Below, piece after piece: positions 24,976 to 33,538 of a stretch of DNA of 64,000 nucleotides; position 1 is the stretch's first letter; the number at the start of each line of letters is the position of its first letter. This stretch comes from Clostridia bacterium (GTDB lineage: Bacteria > Bacillota > Clostridia > Christensenellales > CAG-917). Location of the stretch: contig CAAFLX010000038.1 of the NCBI GenBank assembly GCA_900763875.1, forward strand, positions 18,429-82,428. The letters are read 5' to 3'. The notes beneath the pieces are model-generated. The model was not told the origin of the DNA. It was given only the letters and a program-made list of their open reading frames with translations, and ran no database searches. A program made the translations under genes and the position numbers.

Positions 24976-26598
24976 TTATTTTGCGCTGGCTTCGCTCTTG
25001 GTGAGAGTTTCAAAACCGACAACGTTGAGAAGTCCGAGCTTGGTGTCGAGCTTGAGTCCGTCAAGTCTTGAAGAATATGCTTGAGTGTACTCATCATAGA
25101 ACATAGGCACAAAGACAACGTTTTTGACCATAAAGTCTTGATATTTGCCTGCCGCGACTTTAAGCTCGTCATCCGTTCTTGCGCCAATCATTGCTTTGAG
25201 GACTTTGCCATACTCGGTGAGATTGCCGTCTTTGTCCTCAACAATCATTTGTCCGTGGCAAGCGGGATTCAACTTGCCGGGCATCATACTGGTGCTTGGC
25301 GCAAGAGTGTATCTTGTTGCGTATCCTGCCTCGAAGCTGTAGCCTGCGTCGGTGATGCCCACAAGGTCAGCCATATGCTCGCCTGCCTTGTATGTAGCAA
25401 CCCAGTCTTCTTTGCCCTTTTCGTCCAAGGTGACGTTGACCATGCCGTTTTCTTCGATTTGAGTTTTGAGAAGTTTGGCATATTGGGTGTCGTTTGCCGC
25501 TTTGTTGACGAGAAGGTGGAACTCGAATTTTTTGGTTTCGCTGTAACCTGCCTCTTTCAAGAGTGCCTTTGCGGCTTCAAGATCGCGTTGCCAAACATCG
25601 GTTTCTTTATATCCGAAGATGGTGGGCGCAACCACGCCTTGTCTTGAGGGCTTGCTTTGTTCAGAACCGAAAGTCGCACGAATCTTGTCAAAGTCGATGG
25701 AGAGCGCGATTGCCTTTCTAACTCTTGCGTCAGTCACTTTTTGGTTGTTGAAGAACAAAGATTTGGGGATTGCTCTTGTTGTGTTGTCAACGTAAAGTTT
25801 GACGTCTTCAACGGTTTTGAGCGATTCGACAACGGCGGGACTAAGACCTTTTGCATAGTTGTAAACCATATCGATTTCCTTGGCTTTGAGTGCGCCGACA
25901 AGAACTTCTTCGTTTTGGAAAATTCTGAAAACAACCTTGTCAAACGCAATCTTTTTTGCGCCGGGATATTTTGCGTACTTGGTGAAAGTCAAAGTGCCGG
26001 CATTTTTGTCGTAGTTTTCATACTTGAACGGGCCTGCGCCGATGACGGAATCCGTGTCGGAGAGCGTTTCTTTGGTTTTGCCATCAAAAAGATGTTTGGG
26101 GACGATGACTTTGGACGCTACCGTTTCAAGGAACTTGCTTTCGGGAGTGCAAAGAGTGTAGACGAGGGAGTTGCCTTCCTTTTTGACTTCCGCATAGTCG
26201 GCATCCTTGGTCAACTTGGAAAAACCTGTTGACAAGGTGAATTCCACGTCATCGATGGTGAGAGGTGTGCCGTCGTGCCAAGTGAAGCCTTCTCTTAGCG
26301 TAACGGTGACGGTTTTTGCGCCTTCGCTTGTTTTGTAGTCGCAAGCAAGCGCGCGATATTCGCCGTCGATTTTTGCAAACGGCGTGAGTTGAGATACTGT
26401 TGCCGAAAGCATACTGAAGTTGTAGCCGGGTTGACCGCCTGTTGCGTCAAGTCTATTGAGGGACTTGACGGGCATTGACGTGCCGACAATCAAGGTCTTG
26501 CTGTCGGAGCTATTGTTGTTGCACGCAACGAGCACAACGCTCATGATAACGAGCATTGCAAGTGCGAGCACAAACAAGATTCTTTTGCTGTTTTTCAT
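24976..26598 (-). CDS. ABC transporter substrate-binding lipoprotein, family 5 (peptide/nickel)
   Basis: Has the lipobox VLVAC-N and SBP_bac_5-like sequence throughout. Confidence 0.9.
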   Translation of the reverse strand: MKNSKRILFVLALAMLVIMSVVLVACNNNSSDSKTLIVGTSMPVKSLNRLDATGGQPGYNFSMLSATVSQLTPFAKIDGEYRALACDYKTSEGAKTVTVTLREGFTWHDGTPLTIDDVEFTLSTGFSKLTKDADYAEVKKEGNSLVYTLCTPESKFLETVASKVIVPKHLFDGKTKETLSDTDSVIGAGPFKYENYDKNAGTLTFTKYAKYPGAKKIAFDKVVFRIFQNEEVLVGALKAKEIDMVYNYAKGLSPAVVESLKTVEDVKLYVDNTTRAIPKSLFFNNQKVTDARVRKAIALSIDFDKIRATFGSEQSKPSRQGVVAPTIFGYKETDVWQRDLEAAKALLKEAGYSETKKFEFHLLVNKAANDTQYAKLLKTQIEENGMVNVTLDEKGKEDWVATYKAGEHMADLVGITDAGYSFEAGYATRYTLAPSTSMMPGKLNPACHGQMIVEDKDGNLTEYGKVLKAMIGARTDDELKVAAGKYQDFMVKNVVFVPMFYDEYTQAYSSRLDGLKLDTKLGLLNVVGFETLTKSEASAK

Positions 26599-26708
26599 AG
26601 TTTTCTCCTATATATAATTTTTATTTTTTATCGATTTATAGCGATTTTGCGAACGTTTTGCCACCATTTCGGCTTTTCACGCAATATCCTGTACGTTTTG
26701 AGCGCCGT

Positions 26709-27407
26709 TTATTGCTCCTTTTCGACAACGCCGTCTTTCAAAAGATAGATTTCGTCGCAAAAATCTTTGACCGTTTCAAGATCGTGAGAGATGAACAGCA
26801 CGGATATGCCCAACGTAGCCACAAGTTTGTCGTACAGGTCGAGTATGCTTTTGGTGGTGGCGGGGTCGAGCATTGACGTTGATTCGTCACTTATGAGCAA
26901 AGTCGGCTGAATGGCAAGCGCACGTGCTATCACAAGCCTTTGCACTTGTCCGCCGCTCAAATGCAGCGGAAGCCTGTTCCAAAGCGTGCGCTCAAGCCCC
27001 ACCGTATCAAACAGTTGCAACGCCTTCTCTTTTGCATCCTTGCCGAGTTTTGCGTGCTTGGTTGCAACAAGTGCCTCTTTCACCGTATCCCCCGCGCGCT
27101 GCATAGGATCGAGCGCAAGCAATGGCTGTTGCGGCACAATCTGAATCTCTTTTCCGAGCAACTTGTCATACTTGCCTTTGTCGCTCCAAAGCGATTTGCC
27201 GTCTTTGAGCGCAACTCCGCAATCGGGAGCAACCGCTCCGCAAAGCACGTTGGCTATTGTTGACTTGCCCTCGCCGCTCTTGCCGATAAGCCCGACTTTT
27301 TTGCCGTCGCCTATCTCAAACGACACGTCCGTGAGGGCAACCGTGGCCGTTGCGCTTTTGCCTTTGCCGACGGAGAAAGTCTTGGATATGTTTTGCAATT
27401 CTATCAT
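26709..27407 (-). CDS. ABC transporter ATP-binding protein (OppF/NikE-like)
   Basis: Walker A is GKSGEGKST and the signature is LSGGQVQR. The start is the ATG at 27407, in an ATGA overlap with the upstream ATPase gene. Confidence 0.9.
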   Translation of the reverse strand: MIELQNISKTFSVGKGKSATATVALTDVSFEIGDGKKVGLIGKSGEGKSTIANVLCGAVAPDCGVALKDGKSLWSDKGKYDKLLGKEIQIVPQQPLLALDPMQRAGDTVKEALVATKHAKLGKDAKEKALQLFDTVGLERTLWNRLPLHLSGGQVQRLVIARALAIQPTLLISDESTSMLDPATTKSILDLYDKLVATLGISVLFISHDLETVKDFCDEIYLLKDGVVEKEQ

Positions 27408-28177
27408 TGTTTCGCCGTCCTTTGCAAAAGCGATTTGGTGTAGTCGTGCTTTGGCGAGGCGACAATGTCTTTTGACAAACCGTACTCCACTTGCTCGCCG
27501 CCTTTTAGCACAAGCATTTTGTCGCAAGTGGTTGCAAGGCTCATATCGTGCGTGACAAAAATCTTGGCACTGTCTTGAAACTCTTGGTTGACGCATTGCA
27601 AAAATACGTCCGCCGTTTCGGCGTCTATGCCGCGCGTCGCCTCGTCGGCAACGATAAGTTTGGGTTGCGAGCAAAGCGCGATTGCAAGCACAACCCTTTG
27701 CGCCTGTCCGCCGCTTATCTCGAAAGAATATTTTTCAAGTACCCTTTCGTCCTCAAGCCCCACTTTTGCCAAATTGAAAAGCGCGTGCTCTTTTTTTTGC
27801 GCCCTGTTGAGTTTCAAACCGCTGCGAGCAAAAGCCTCGTAAATCTGCGTCTTGATTTTCAAAGACGGGTTCAACGATTCGCTTGCGCCCTGCGGAATGA
27901 AAGCTATGCTCTTGCCCAAATTCCGTTTGAGCGCGCGCGAGTTTTTAAGCACGTTTTCGCCGTCGAAAACAACCGCTCCCGTTGCAAAACAGTTGTCGGC
28001 AAGCGCGCCTATGAGTGCGTCAACAATCATAGACTTGCCCGAGCCGGACTCTCCAACGATAGCCAACCGCTGTCCGTCTTCAAGGCTGAAAGATACGCCC
28101 CCGACTATCTTTTCGGTCGAGCGCAAAAACTCTGCGTATACGCAAAGATTCTCAACTTGAAGCACGATTTCACTCAT
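27404..28177 (-). CDS. ABC transporter ATP-binding protein (OppD/NikD-like)
   Basis: Walker A is GESGSGKS and the signature is ISGGQAQR. The start is ATG at 28177, with TTG at 28198 as an alternative. Confidence 0.9.
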   Translation of the reverse strand: MSEIVLQVENLCVYAEFLRSTEKIVGGVSFSLEDGQRLAIVGESGSGKSMIVDALIGALADNCFATGAVVFDGENVLKNSRALKRNLGKSIAFIPQGASESLNPSLKIKTQIYEAFARSGLKLNRAQKKEHALFNLAKVGLEDERVLEKYSFEISGGQAQRVVLAIALCSQPKLIVADEATRGIDAETADVFLQCVNQEFQDSAKIFVTHDMSLATTCDKMLVLKGGEQVEYGLSKDIVASPKHDYTKSLLQRTAKQ

Positions 28178-28247
28178 ACCTAAATTATAACAGTTCAAAA
28201 CAGTTGAATCAAGCTAAATCGCACACTATTGTACGGCAAATTGTCAC

Positions 28248-28282
28248 AAAACAAAACAAATCGAAACAGTTTGTTTTGTTTT
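28248..28282. promoter_or_regulatory. 13-bp perfect inverted repeat in the divergent promoter region
   Basis: aaaacaaaacaaa, a 9-nt spacer, then tttgttttgtttt. It lies between the ABC operon start and the tetR start. Confidence 0.4.
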
Positions 28283-28306
28283 TTTAATAAAATCGTACTG
28301 TATGTC

Positions 28307-28336
28307 TTGACGAGCGTACATCGTGTTTGATATAAT
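28307..28336 (+). promoter_or_regulatory. Candidate promoter for the TetR gene (TTGACG, 18-nt spacer, TG-TATAAT)
   Basis: ttgacg at 28307-28312 and tataat at 28331-28336, with tg at -15. Confidence 0.5.
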
Positions 28337-28366
28337 TCAATCAGCAAAAAAAATGGAGCGGATATT

Positions 28367-28921
28367 ATGAACAAGAAAATCAGCGCAACAACCGAGAAGA
28401 TTTACAACGCTTTTGCAGAGGTCTTGCTTGAAAAAGAGTACTCCGACGTGCGCATACAGGACGTGTTGGACAAGAGCGGCGTGGCGCGCAGCACTTTCTA
28501 TGCCCACTACAAAACCAAAGAGGATTTGCTCAAATCCATTTGCACCACCATTTTCGGGCACGTCTTCTCCCACTCCCTCGAAGAGGAGCAAAGCCACGAC
28601 TTCTCAAAATCGTCAATCTTTGACTACAAGCACTTCATCACGCACATCTTTTACCACCTGCACGACGAAAAAACCCTCGTCCACGCAATTCTGCTCTCGC
28701 AAAGCAAGGATACGTTTCTCAACTACCTACGCGGCGAATTGAGAGAATTTGCAACCGCTTGCGTGGAAAACAACTTTGTCACGGGCAAAGATCTTCCCAA
28801 ACCGCTGAAAATCAATTCGGTCATCGAAAACTTTGTGCTCCTCGTCGAATATTGGGACTCCACCGCCTTCACCGACACCCCCGAACGCCTGACCGAATAC
28901 TTTTTGATCATGAACGAATAA
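28367..28921 (+). CDS. TetR/AcrR-family transcriptional regulator
   Basis: The N-terminal HTH reads IQDVLDKSGVARSTFYAHYKTKEDLL. Confidence 0.9.
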   Translation: MNKKISATTEKIYNAFAEVLLEKEYSDVRIQDVLDKSGVARSTFYAHYKTKEDLLKSICTTIFGHVFSHSLEEEQSHDFSKSSIFDYKHFITHIFYHLHDEKTLVHAILLSQSKDTFLNYLRGELREFATACVENNFVTGKDLPKPLKINSVIENFVLLVEYWDSTAFTDTPERLTEYFLIMNE

Positions 28922-28965
28922 CCGAAAAACCGCATAAAACATGCAAACGGAGTGACACGGGAAAA

Positions 28966-29078
28966 ATGATATCACTTTGTGATGATATCGTGCATTGCAC
29001 GATGATATCGCACTTGGTGCGATGATATCCAACCGATGTTTGGATTGTGGAATATTCCACTTGCGCCAAAGGCGCACA
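28966..29078 (+). repeat. R4 array of GATATC-separated short hairpins
   Basis: GATATC sites lie at 28968, 28984, 29004 and 29024. The hairpins are atcac/gtgat, atcgtgc/gcacgat, atcgcac/gtgcgat and atccaa/ttggat, followed by two further palindromes. Confidence 0.85.
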
Positions 29079-29158
29079 CACCAAGCAGAAAATCTTGCGA
29101 AATTGTGGCTGGAGTTTTTGCCCCTGCTCAAAACTGATAGCAAAGATTGTCTGCGCGG
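29079..29158 (+). repeat. R3 hairpin repeat
   Basis: The stem gcagaaaatcttgc/gcaaagattgtctgc encloses a conserved loop. Confidence 0.85.
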
Positions 29159-29187
29159 TAGAAATTGTGAGAACAAGTGCGGTCGGT

Positions 29188-29270
29188 GGCAACCGCCACT
29201 GCGTTTTCGTTTCTATTTGGGGGATTCCCACGTCGCTTTGCTCCTCTGAATGACAATCTGGGCGGTTGCC
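29188..29270 (+). repeat. R5 hairpin with a conserved 63-nt loop box
   Basis: The stem ggcaaccgcc/ggcggttgcc encloses tttgggggattcccacgtcgctttgctcctctgaatgaca. Confidence 0.8.
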
Positions 29271-29286
29271 ATAACCGCAACGCCGT

Positions 29287-29657
29287 TTGAGCAAGTGAGA
29301 TGAAGAACAAGAAAGAGCCTGCCAACATAGACAGGAGCGTACTCTGTGTACGTGACTGTTTATGGGGCAGACTCTGACACAGTTATTCGCTCAATATTTT
29401 ATAGAATAGTGTGCCAAATCGATAAAGAGCGAGGAAAAACCCCTTGCGCGGCAACCCTAATGTACATAAGGTACATGAGTTGACGAGCAAAGGGCTTTAA
29501 CAATGCTATTTGCAGAGATATTGTTTGTTGTAATAAAGCCGCTATTGAGATGAAGAACAAGGAAGAGCCTGCCAACATAGACAGGAGCGTACTTGGTGTA
29601 CGTGACTGTTTATGGGGCAGGCTCTGACACAGTTATTCGCTCAATAGCGGCTTTATT
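29287..29657 (+). repeat. R2 long-hairpin array, 3 units
   Basis: The units are approximately 29287-29396, 29406-29515 (variant apex) and 29533-29657. The last 3' arm, atagcggctttatt, contains the hypA stop codon. Confidence 0.9.
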
Positions 29658-29997
29658 CTACGGCGATTTCTTTGATAAGCATCTCGTTTCCACGCACCAA
29701 ATACGTCTTTTCACTGCCGCAATGGGGGCAGATTTTGCCGTATTGGACGGTGGGATATTCTTGCTTGCAAGACTCGCAGTAGGTGACGGCATTGATCGGT
29801 TCGATTTCAAGAATGCAACCGCGCAGAAGGTCGGTGCGGTTGGCATTCCAATTCCAACAATCTATAAGTTGCTCGTTCACAACGGTGGACACTTCGCCGA
29901 TTTGCAAGACAACTTTTTTGATTTTGGTCGCTTTGTTTTCGACGGCGACGTCGCGCACGATGTCCGCGATGTGAAAAACTACGCCCAATTCGTGCAT
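29653..29997 (-). CDS. hypA: Hydrogenase/urease nickel incorporation protein HypA
   Basis: Begins MHELGVV and has the zinc site CESC..CPHCG, at the typical length of 114 aa. Confidence 0.9.
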   Translation of the reverse strand: MHELGVVFHIADIVRDVAVENKATKIKKVVLQIGEVSTVVNEQLIDCWNWNANRTDLLRGCILEIEPINAVTYCESCKQEYPTVQYGKICPHCGSEKTYLVRGNEMLIKEIAVE

Positions 29998-30006
29998 TTC
30001 AACCTC

Positions 30007-32868
30007 TTATTTGTTGGCTTTCTTTGCCGCTTTTGCCGCTTTGACCGCCTCTTTATGTTTCTTTTGAGAGGCCTTTTCCTCGGCGGTTTTTTTGCCGAAC
30101 AAGATTCTCATGCCACGCTTGAATGCGTAAGGAAGAATGACTTTGAACTTGTCTTCACTGCGCACCATAGTGGAGCATTCGGGGTGTTCTCTGTGGAGCT
30201 TGATTGCGTCAAACTCGCACTTGGTGGTGCAGACACCGCAACCGATACACTTGTTTTCGTCCACGACGCTTGCGCCGCAACCGAGGCAACGTCCTGCCTC
30301 AATCTTGACTTGCTCGGCGGTGAGAGTGCCGTGCAAATCTCTGAAGGAGTGCTTGTCGCCATCAAGCTCTTTTGCCTCTTGTCTGCCTGCGGTGTCATAA
30401 CTGTCGATGACAAGGTTGTTTTTGTCAAGCTCGACAAATTGTCTGCGATTGCGACCGATTGTCATGCTTGTGCCCGGTTGCACGAAACGATGCAAAGATA
30501 CCGCCGCCATCTTGCCTGCCTCGATTGCGTCGATTGCAAATTTCGGGCCGCTGTACACGTCGCCGCCGACAAAGATGTCAGGTTCTGCGGTTTGATAGGT
30601 GAGTGAATCCGCAACGGGATAATTGCCGTGATGGAATTCAACCTTTGTGCCTTTGAGCAAGTCACCCCACACGATGGATTGTCCGATTGCAAAGATGACG
30701 TGGCTTGCCTCGACGGTGAGGGTTTCGTTTTCGTCATAAACGGGGCTGAACTTGTTGGTGGCGGGGTCAACAACACGCAAGCACTTCTTGAACACGACTG
30801 CCTTGACCGTGCCGTCGTCGTTTTTGAGGATTTCTTTGGGGCCCCAACCGTTGTTGATTGAGATTCCGTCTTCAAGTGTTTCCTCGATTTCGTTTTTGCT
30901 TGCAGGCATGGTATCTCTCGATTCGAGGCAATACATACCGACCTCTTCACTGCCGAAACGAACGGCGGTGCGAGCGCAGTCCACGGCAACGTTTCCGCCG
31001 CCGATGACAACGGTTTTGCCATCGAGTTTTCTGTCGTGATTCTCGGTTGCATCGTGCAAGAACGAAACAGCCATATCCGTGCCGATTGCGTCCTCGCCGG
31101 GGACTCCGGGGAGCCTGCCGCCTTGGCAGCCGATTGCAATGTAGAATGCTTGATAGCCTTGCTTTCTGAGGTCTGCAATGGTGACATCCTTGCCCACATC
31201 TACACCCGTCTTAAACTCAACGCCAAGCTCGCGCAAAACGTCGATTTCCGCATCGATAACGTCTTTTTCGAGCTTGTAGGACGGAATGCCGTAAGTGAGC
31301 ATACCACCGAGTTTCTCGTTCTTTTCAAACACGGTGGGAAGATAGCCCTTGGTTGCAAGATAGTAGGCGCAAGAAAGACCTGCAGGGCCTGCGCCGATGA
31401 TTGCAATCTTTTGTCCCCAATGCTTTTCGACGTTGGACGGAATGACCACTTCGGGAACGTATCTTGTTTCGGCGTGCAAATCTTGCTCTGCGATGAACTT
31501 CTTGATGTCGTCGATTGCAACCGCCTCGTCAATCGTGCCTCTGGTGCAAGCCGCCTCGCAACGCTTGTTGCAAACGCGACCGCAGATTGCAGGGAACGGA
31601 TTGTCCTTTTTGATGAGCGCAAGAGCCTCTCTGTATTTGCCCTCTTTTGCCTTGCGAATGTAGCCTTGGACGGCGATGTGCGCAGGGCATGCCGCCTTGC
31701 ACGGGGACGTGCCCGTTTCATAGCAGTTGATGCGGTTGTTGTCCCTGTAATCTTCGTCCCACTTGTCAGGGCCCCAAGAGAGATTGTCGGGAAGTTCGTG
31801 TTTCGGATATTTGATTTCGCCTTGCTTTGTGCAAAGTTTTTGTCCGAGCTTGACCGCGCCTGCAGGGCAGAATTCCACGCACTTGCCGCAAGCGACGCAC
31901 TTGTCTTTTTCAACGCGCGCGACGTATGCGCTTCTCGACATGTTGGGCGTGTTGAAAAGTTGCGACGTGCGAAGCGCGTTGCAGACGTTGAGGTTGCAGT
32001 TGCAGATTGCAAAAATCTTGTTTTCGCCGTCGATGTTGGTGATTTGGTGAACGAAACCGTTCTTTTCGGCGCGTTGGAGAATCTCCATTGCCTCTTCATA
32101 AGTGACGTCGCGACCCTTGCCCGTTTCGCGGCAGAAGTCCGCCATATCGCCGATGCCGATGCACCACTCTTCACAGCTGTCGCCGCAGCCCTCGCCGAGC
32201 TTCGATCTGCCGTAACGGCAAGAGCAAATGCCAACGCCGAGGTGTCCCTCGTATTTTTTGAGCCAGTAGGAAATATGCTCGATGTCCATCGTGCCGTTTT
32301 CCATCTCGATGGCTTTTTCAACGGGAATGACGTGCATACCGATGCCTGCGCCTCCCGGAGGAACCATGGGCGTGACCATTGTCAAAGGAAGATACGTCAT
32401 ACGCTCGAAGAACATCGCAAGTTCGGGGTGTTCGTCAAGCTGCTTTTTGATCATATTGGTGAACTCGGCAGAGCCGGGCACGAACATCGGCAAAACGTAG
32501 CGACGCTCTTTCTTTGCGCCGGGGATAGGCCCGTCATGATCGTAGTTGTTGCCGTAGTCGTACTCGATTACACCGACATAGCTCATCTTGTCGAGAAGTT
32601 CTTGCAACTTTTCGGCACTCAATTCGGGGTTCATCTTTTTGAGATCCTCGAACGTGTAGTGTTTGCGCACCTTCATTTTGAGAGCAACGTCCGCCATCTC
32701 GTCGGTGACAACGCAACGAAGCCCCCAGTACTCGGGGTCGTCTGCCGTCACACCTTTAATCTTGTGGTCGACGCAGTCCGTGATTTTTCTTGCTAATTTG
32801 AGGATTTTTTCACTCGGATTCTTCTCGCCCATATACTTGGGTTTGAACGCCTTGCTCATCTCAGCCAT
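30007..32868 (-). CDS. Multidomain Fe-S flavoprotein: Cys-rich N-terminal domain, 4Fe-4S ferredoxin, GltD/NfnB-like FAD/NAD(P) oxidoreductase, and a C-terminal 2x[4Fe-4S]
   Basis: Contains [43 protein letters not shown] and CLGCG..CIGCGVCTTKC. The start is the ATG at 32868, after ggagaaaac. Confidence 0.85.
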   Translation of the reverse strand: MAEMSKAFKPKYMGEKNPSEKILKLARKITDCVDHKIKGVTADDPEYWGLRCVVTDEMADVALKMKVRKHYTFEDLKKMNPELSAEKLQELLDKMSYVGVIEYDYGNNYDHDGPIPGAKKERRYVLPMFVPGSAEFTNMIKKQLDEHPELAMFFERMTYLPLTMVTPMVPPGGAGIGMHVIPVEKAIEMENGTMDIEHISYWLKKYEGHLGVGICSCRYGRSKLGEGCGDSCEEWCIGIGDMADFCRETGKGRDVTYEEAMEILQRAEKNGFVHQITNIDGENKIFAICNCNLNVCNALRTSQLFNTPNMSRSAYVARVEKDKCVACGKCVEFCPAGAVKLGQKLCTKQGEIKYPKHELPDNLSWGPDKWDEDYRDNNRINCYETGTSPCKAACPAHIAVQGYIRKAKEGKYREALALIKKDNPFPAICGRVCNKRCEAACTRGTIDEAVAIDDIKKFIAEQDLHAETRYVPEVVIPSNVEKHWGQKIAIIGAGPAGLSCAYYLATKGYLPTVFEKNEKLGGMLTYGIPSYKLEKDVIDAEIDVLRELGVEFKTGVDVGKDVTIADLRKQGYQAFYIAIGCQGGRLPGVPGEDAIGTDMAVSFLHDATENHDRKLDGKTVVIGGGNVAVDCARTAVRFGSEEVGMYCLESRDTMPASKNEIEETLEDGISINNGWGPKEILKNDDGTVKAVVFKKCLRVVDPATNKFSPVYDENETLTVEASHVIFAIGQSIVWGDLLKGTKVEFHHGNYPVADSLTYQTAEPDIFVGGDVYSGPKFAIDAIEAGKMAAVSLHRFVQPGTSMTIGRNRRQFVELDKNNLVIDSYDTAGRQEAKELDGDKHSFRDLHGTLTAEQVKIEAGRCLGCGASVVDENKCIGCGVCTTKCEFDAIKLHREHPECSTMVRSEDKFKVILPYAFKRGMRILFGKKTAEEKASQKKHKEAVKAAKAAKKANK

Positions 32869-33538
32869 TGTCGTTTTCTCCTTTGAAAATTTGTATTGTT
32901 TTGTATATTCTATCTTCAAGCACGTCAAGCCCCTCCCCCGTCTTTGCGCTCACGTAGAAGATTTGCGCGTCGGGATTGAGCCTTGAAATATGCTCTTCAA
33001 ATCTTGATTTGTCAAAGTCGAACGCTTCGAGCGTGTCTATCTTTGTGACGACGATAAGGTCGCACTTTTCAAACATCAAAGGATATTTGAGAGGCTTGTC
33101 GTCCCCCTCGGGTACGGACAAAAGCATCATATTGAGGTGCGCGCCCGTGTCGAACTCGGCAGGACATACAAGGTTGCCTATGTTTTCAAGCACGATGAGG
33201 TCGCAATCGTCAAACGCCGCTTGGTTGAGTGCCTCGCTCACCATATCCGCGTCGATATGGCAAAGTCCGCCGTTGTGAATTTGCACGCTCTCTATGCCTG
33301 CGCCCTCCGCTATGCGGCGCGCGTCAACGTCAGTTTCGATGTCAACGTCCATCGCAACCACTTTGAGCTTGGTTTTGACGCTCTTCAAAAGCGCGCTCAA
33401 AAGCGTGGTCTTGCCGCTGCCCGGCGAGGACATCACGTTGAGAAGGAACGTGCCTTTGCTTTTCAAAGTCGCTCTCAATGCGTCCGCTGTCTTTTCGTTG
33501 TTTGAAAATATACTCTCTTTGACGGAAATAACTCTCAT
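32861..33538 (-). CDS. hypB: HypB-family nickel metallochaperone GTPase, paralogue 2
   Basis: Contains SSPGSGKTT, GGLCHIDA, ENIGNLVCPAEFD, EGDDKPLKYP and VTKID. Confidence 0.9.
   Translation of the reverse strand: MRVISVKESIFSNNEKTADALRATLKSKGTFLLNVMSSPGSGKTTLLSALLKSVKTKLKVVAMDVDIETDVDARRIAEGAGIESVQIHNGGLCHIDADMVSEALNQAAFDDCDLIVLENIGNLVCPAEFDTGAHLNMMLLSVPEGDDKPLKYPLMFEKCDLIVVTKIDTLEAFDFDKSRFEEHISRLNPDAQIFYVSAKTGEGLDVLEDRIYKTIQIFKGENDNG

Noticed and set aside
26709-27674. Long N-terminal extensions suggested by the ORF track: 26709-27674 (321 aa), 46482-47753 (423 aa), 1624-3132, 12278-13663, 45224-45937, 47928-49220 and 56684-57451.
   Set aside because: The extensions overlap the preceding gene or lack an RBS. 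Internal ATGs with good RBSs, ATGA-type overlaps and homologous N-termini give the shorter coordinates I report.
29287-29657. Retron msr/msd or integron attC interpretation of the R2 hairpins.
   Set aside because: There is no reverse transcriptase, no integron integrase and no cassette ORFs anywhere in the 64 kb. The units are tandem and sit at gene 3' ends. This remains only a remote possibility if the partner gene lies elsewhere.
31036-32796. A 586-aa ORF on the plus strand. Similar long ORFs lie at 43306-45006, 58895-60115, 40948-42045, 57315-58364, 29593-30606, 62298-63176, 13657-14439, 14440-15201, 35359-36165 and 5140-5883.
   Set aside because: All of them run antisense to genes with unmistakable homology-type motifs: the flavoprotein, leuS, aspS, serS/M28 and others. 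Their translations are low-complexity, rich in Arg, Val, Ala, Phe and His, with no motifs and no RBS. They are typical shadow ORFs.
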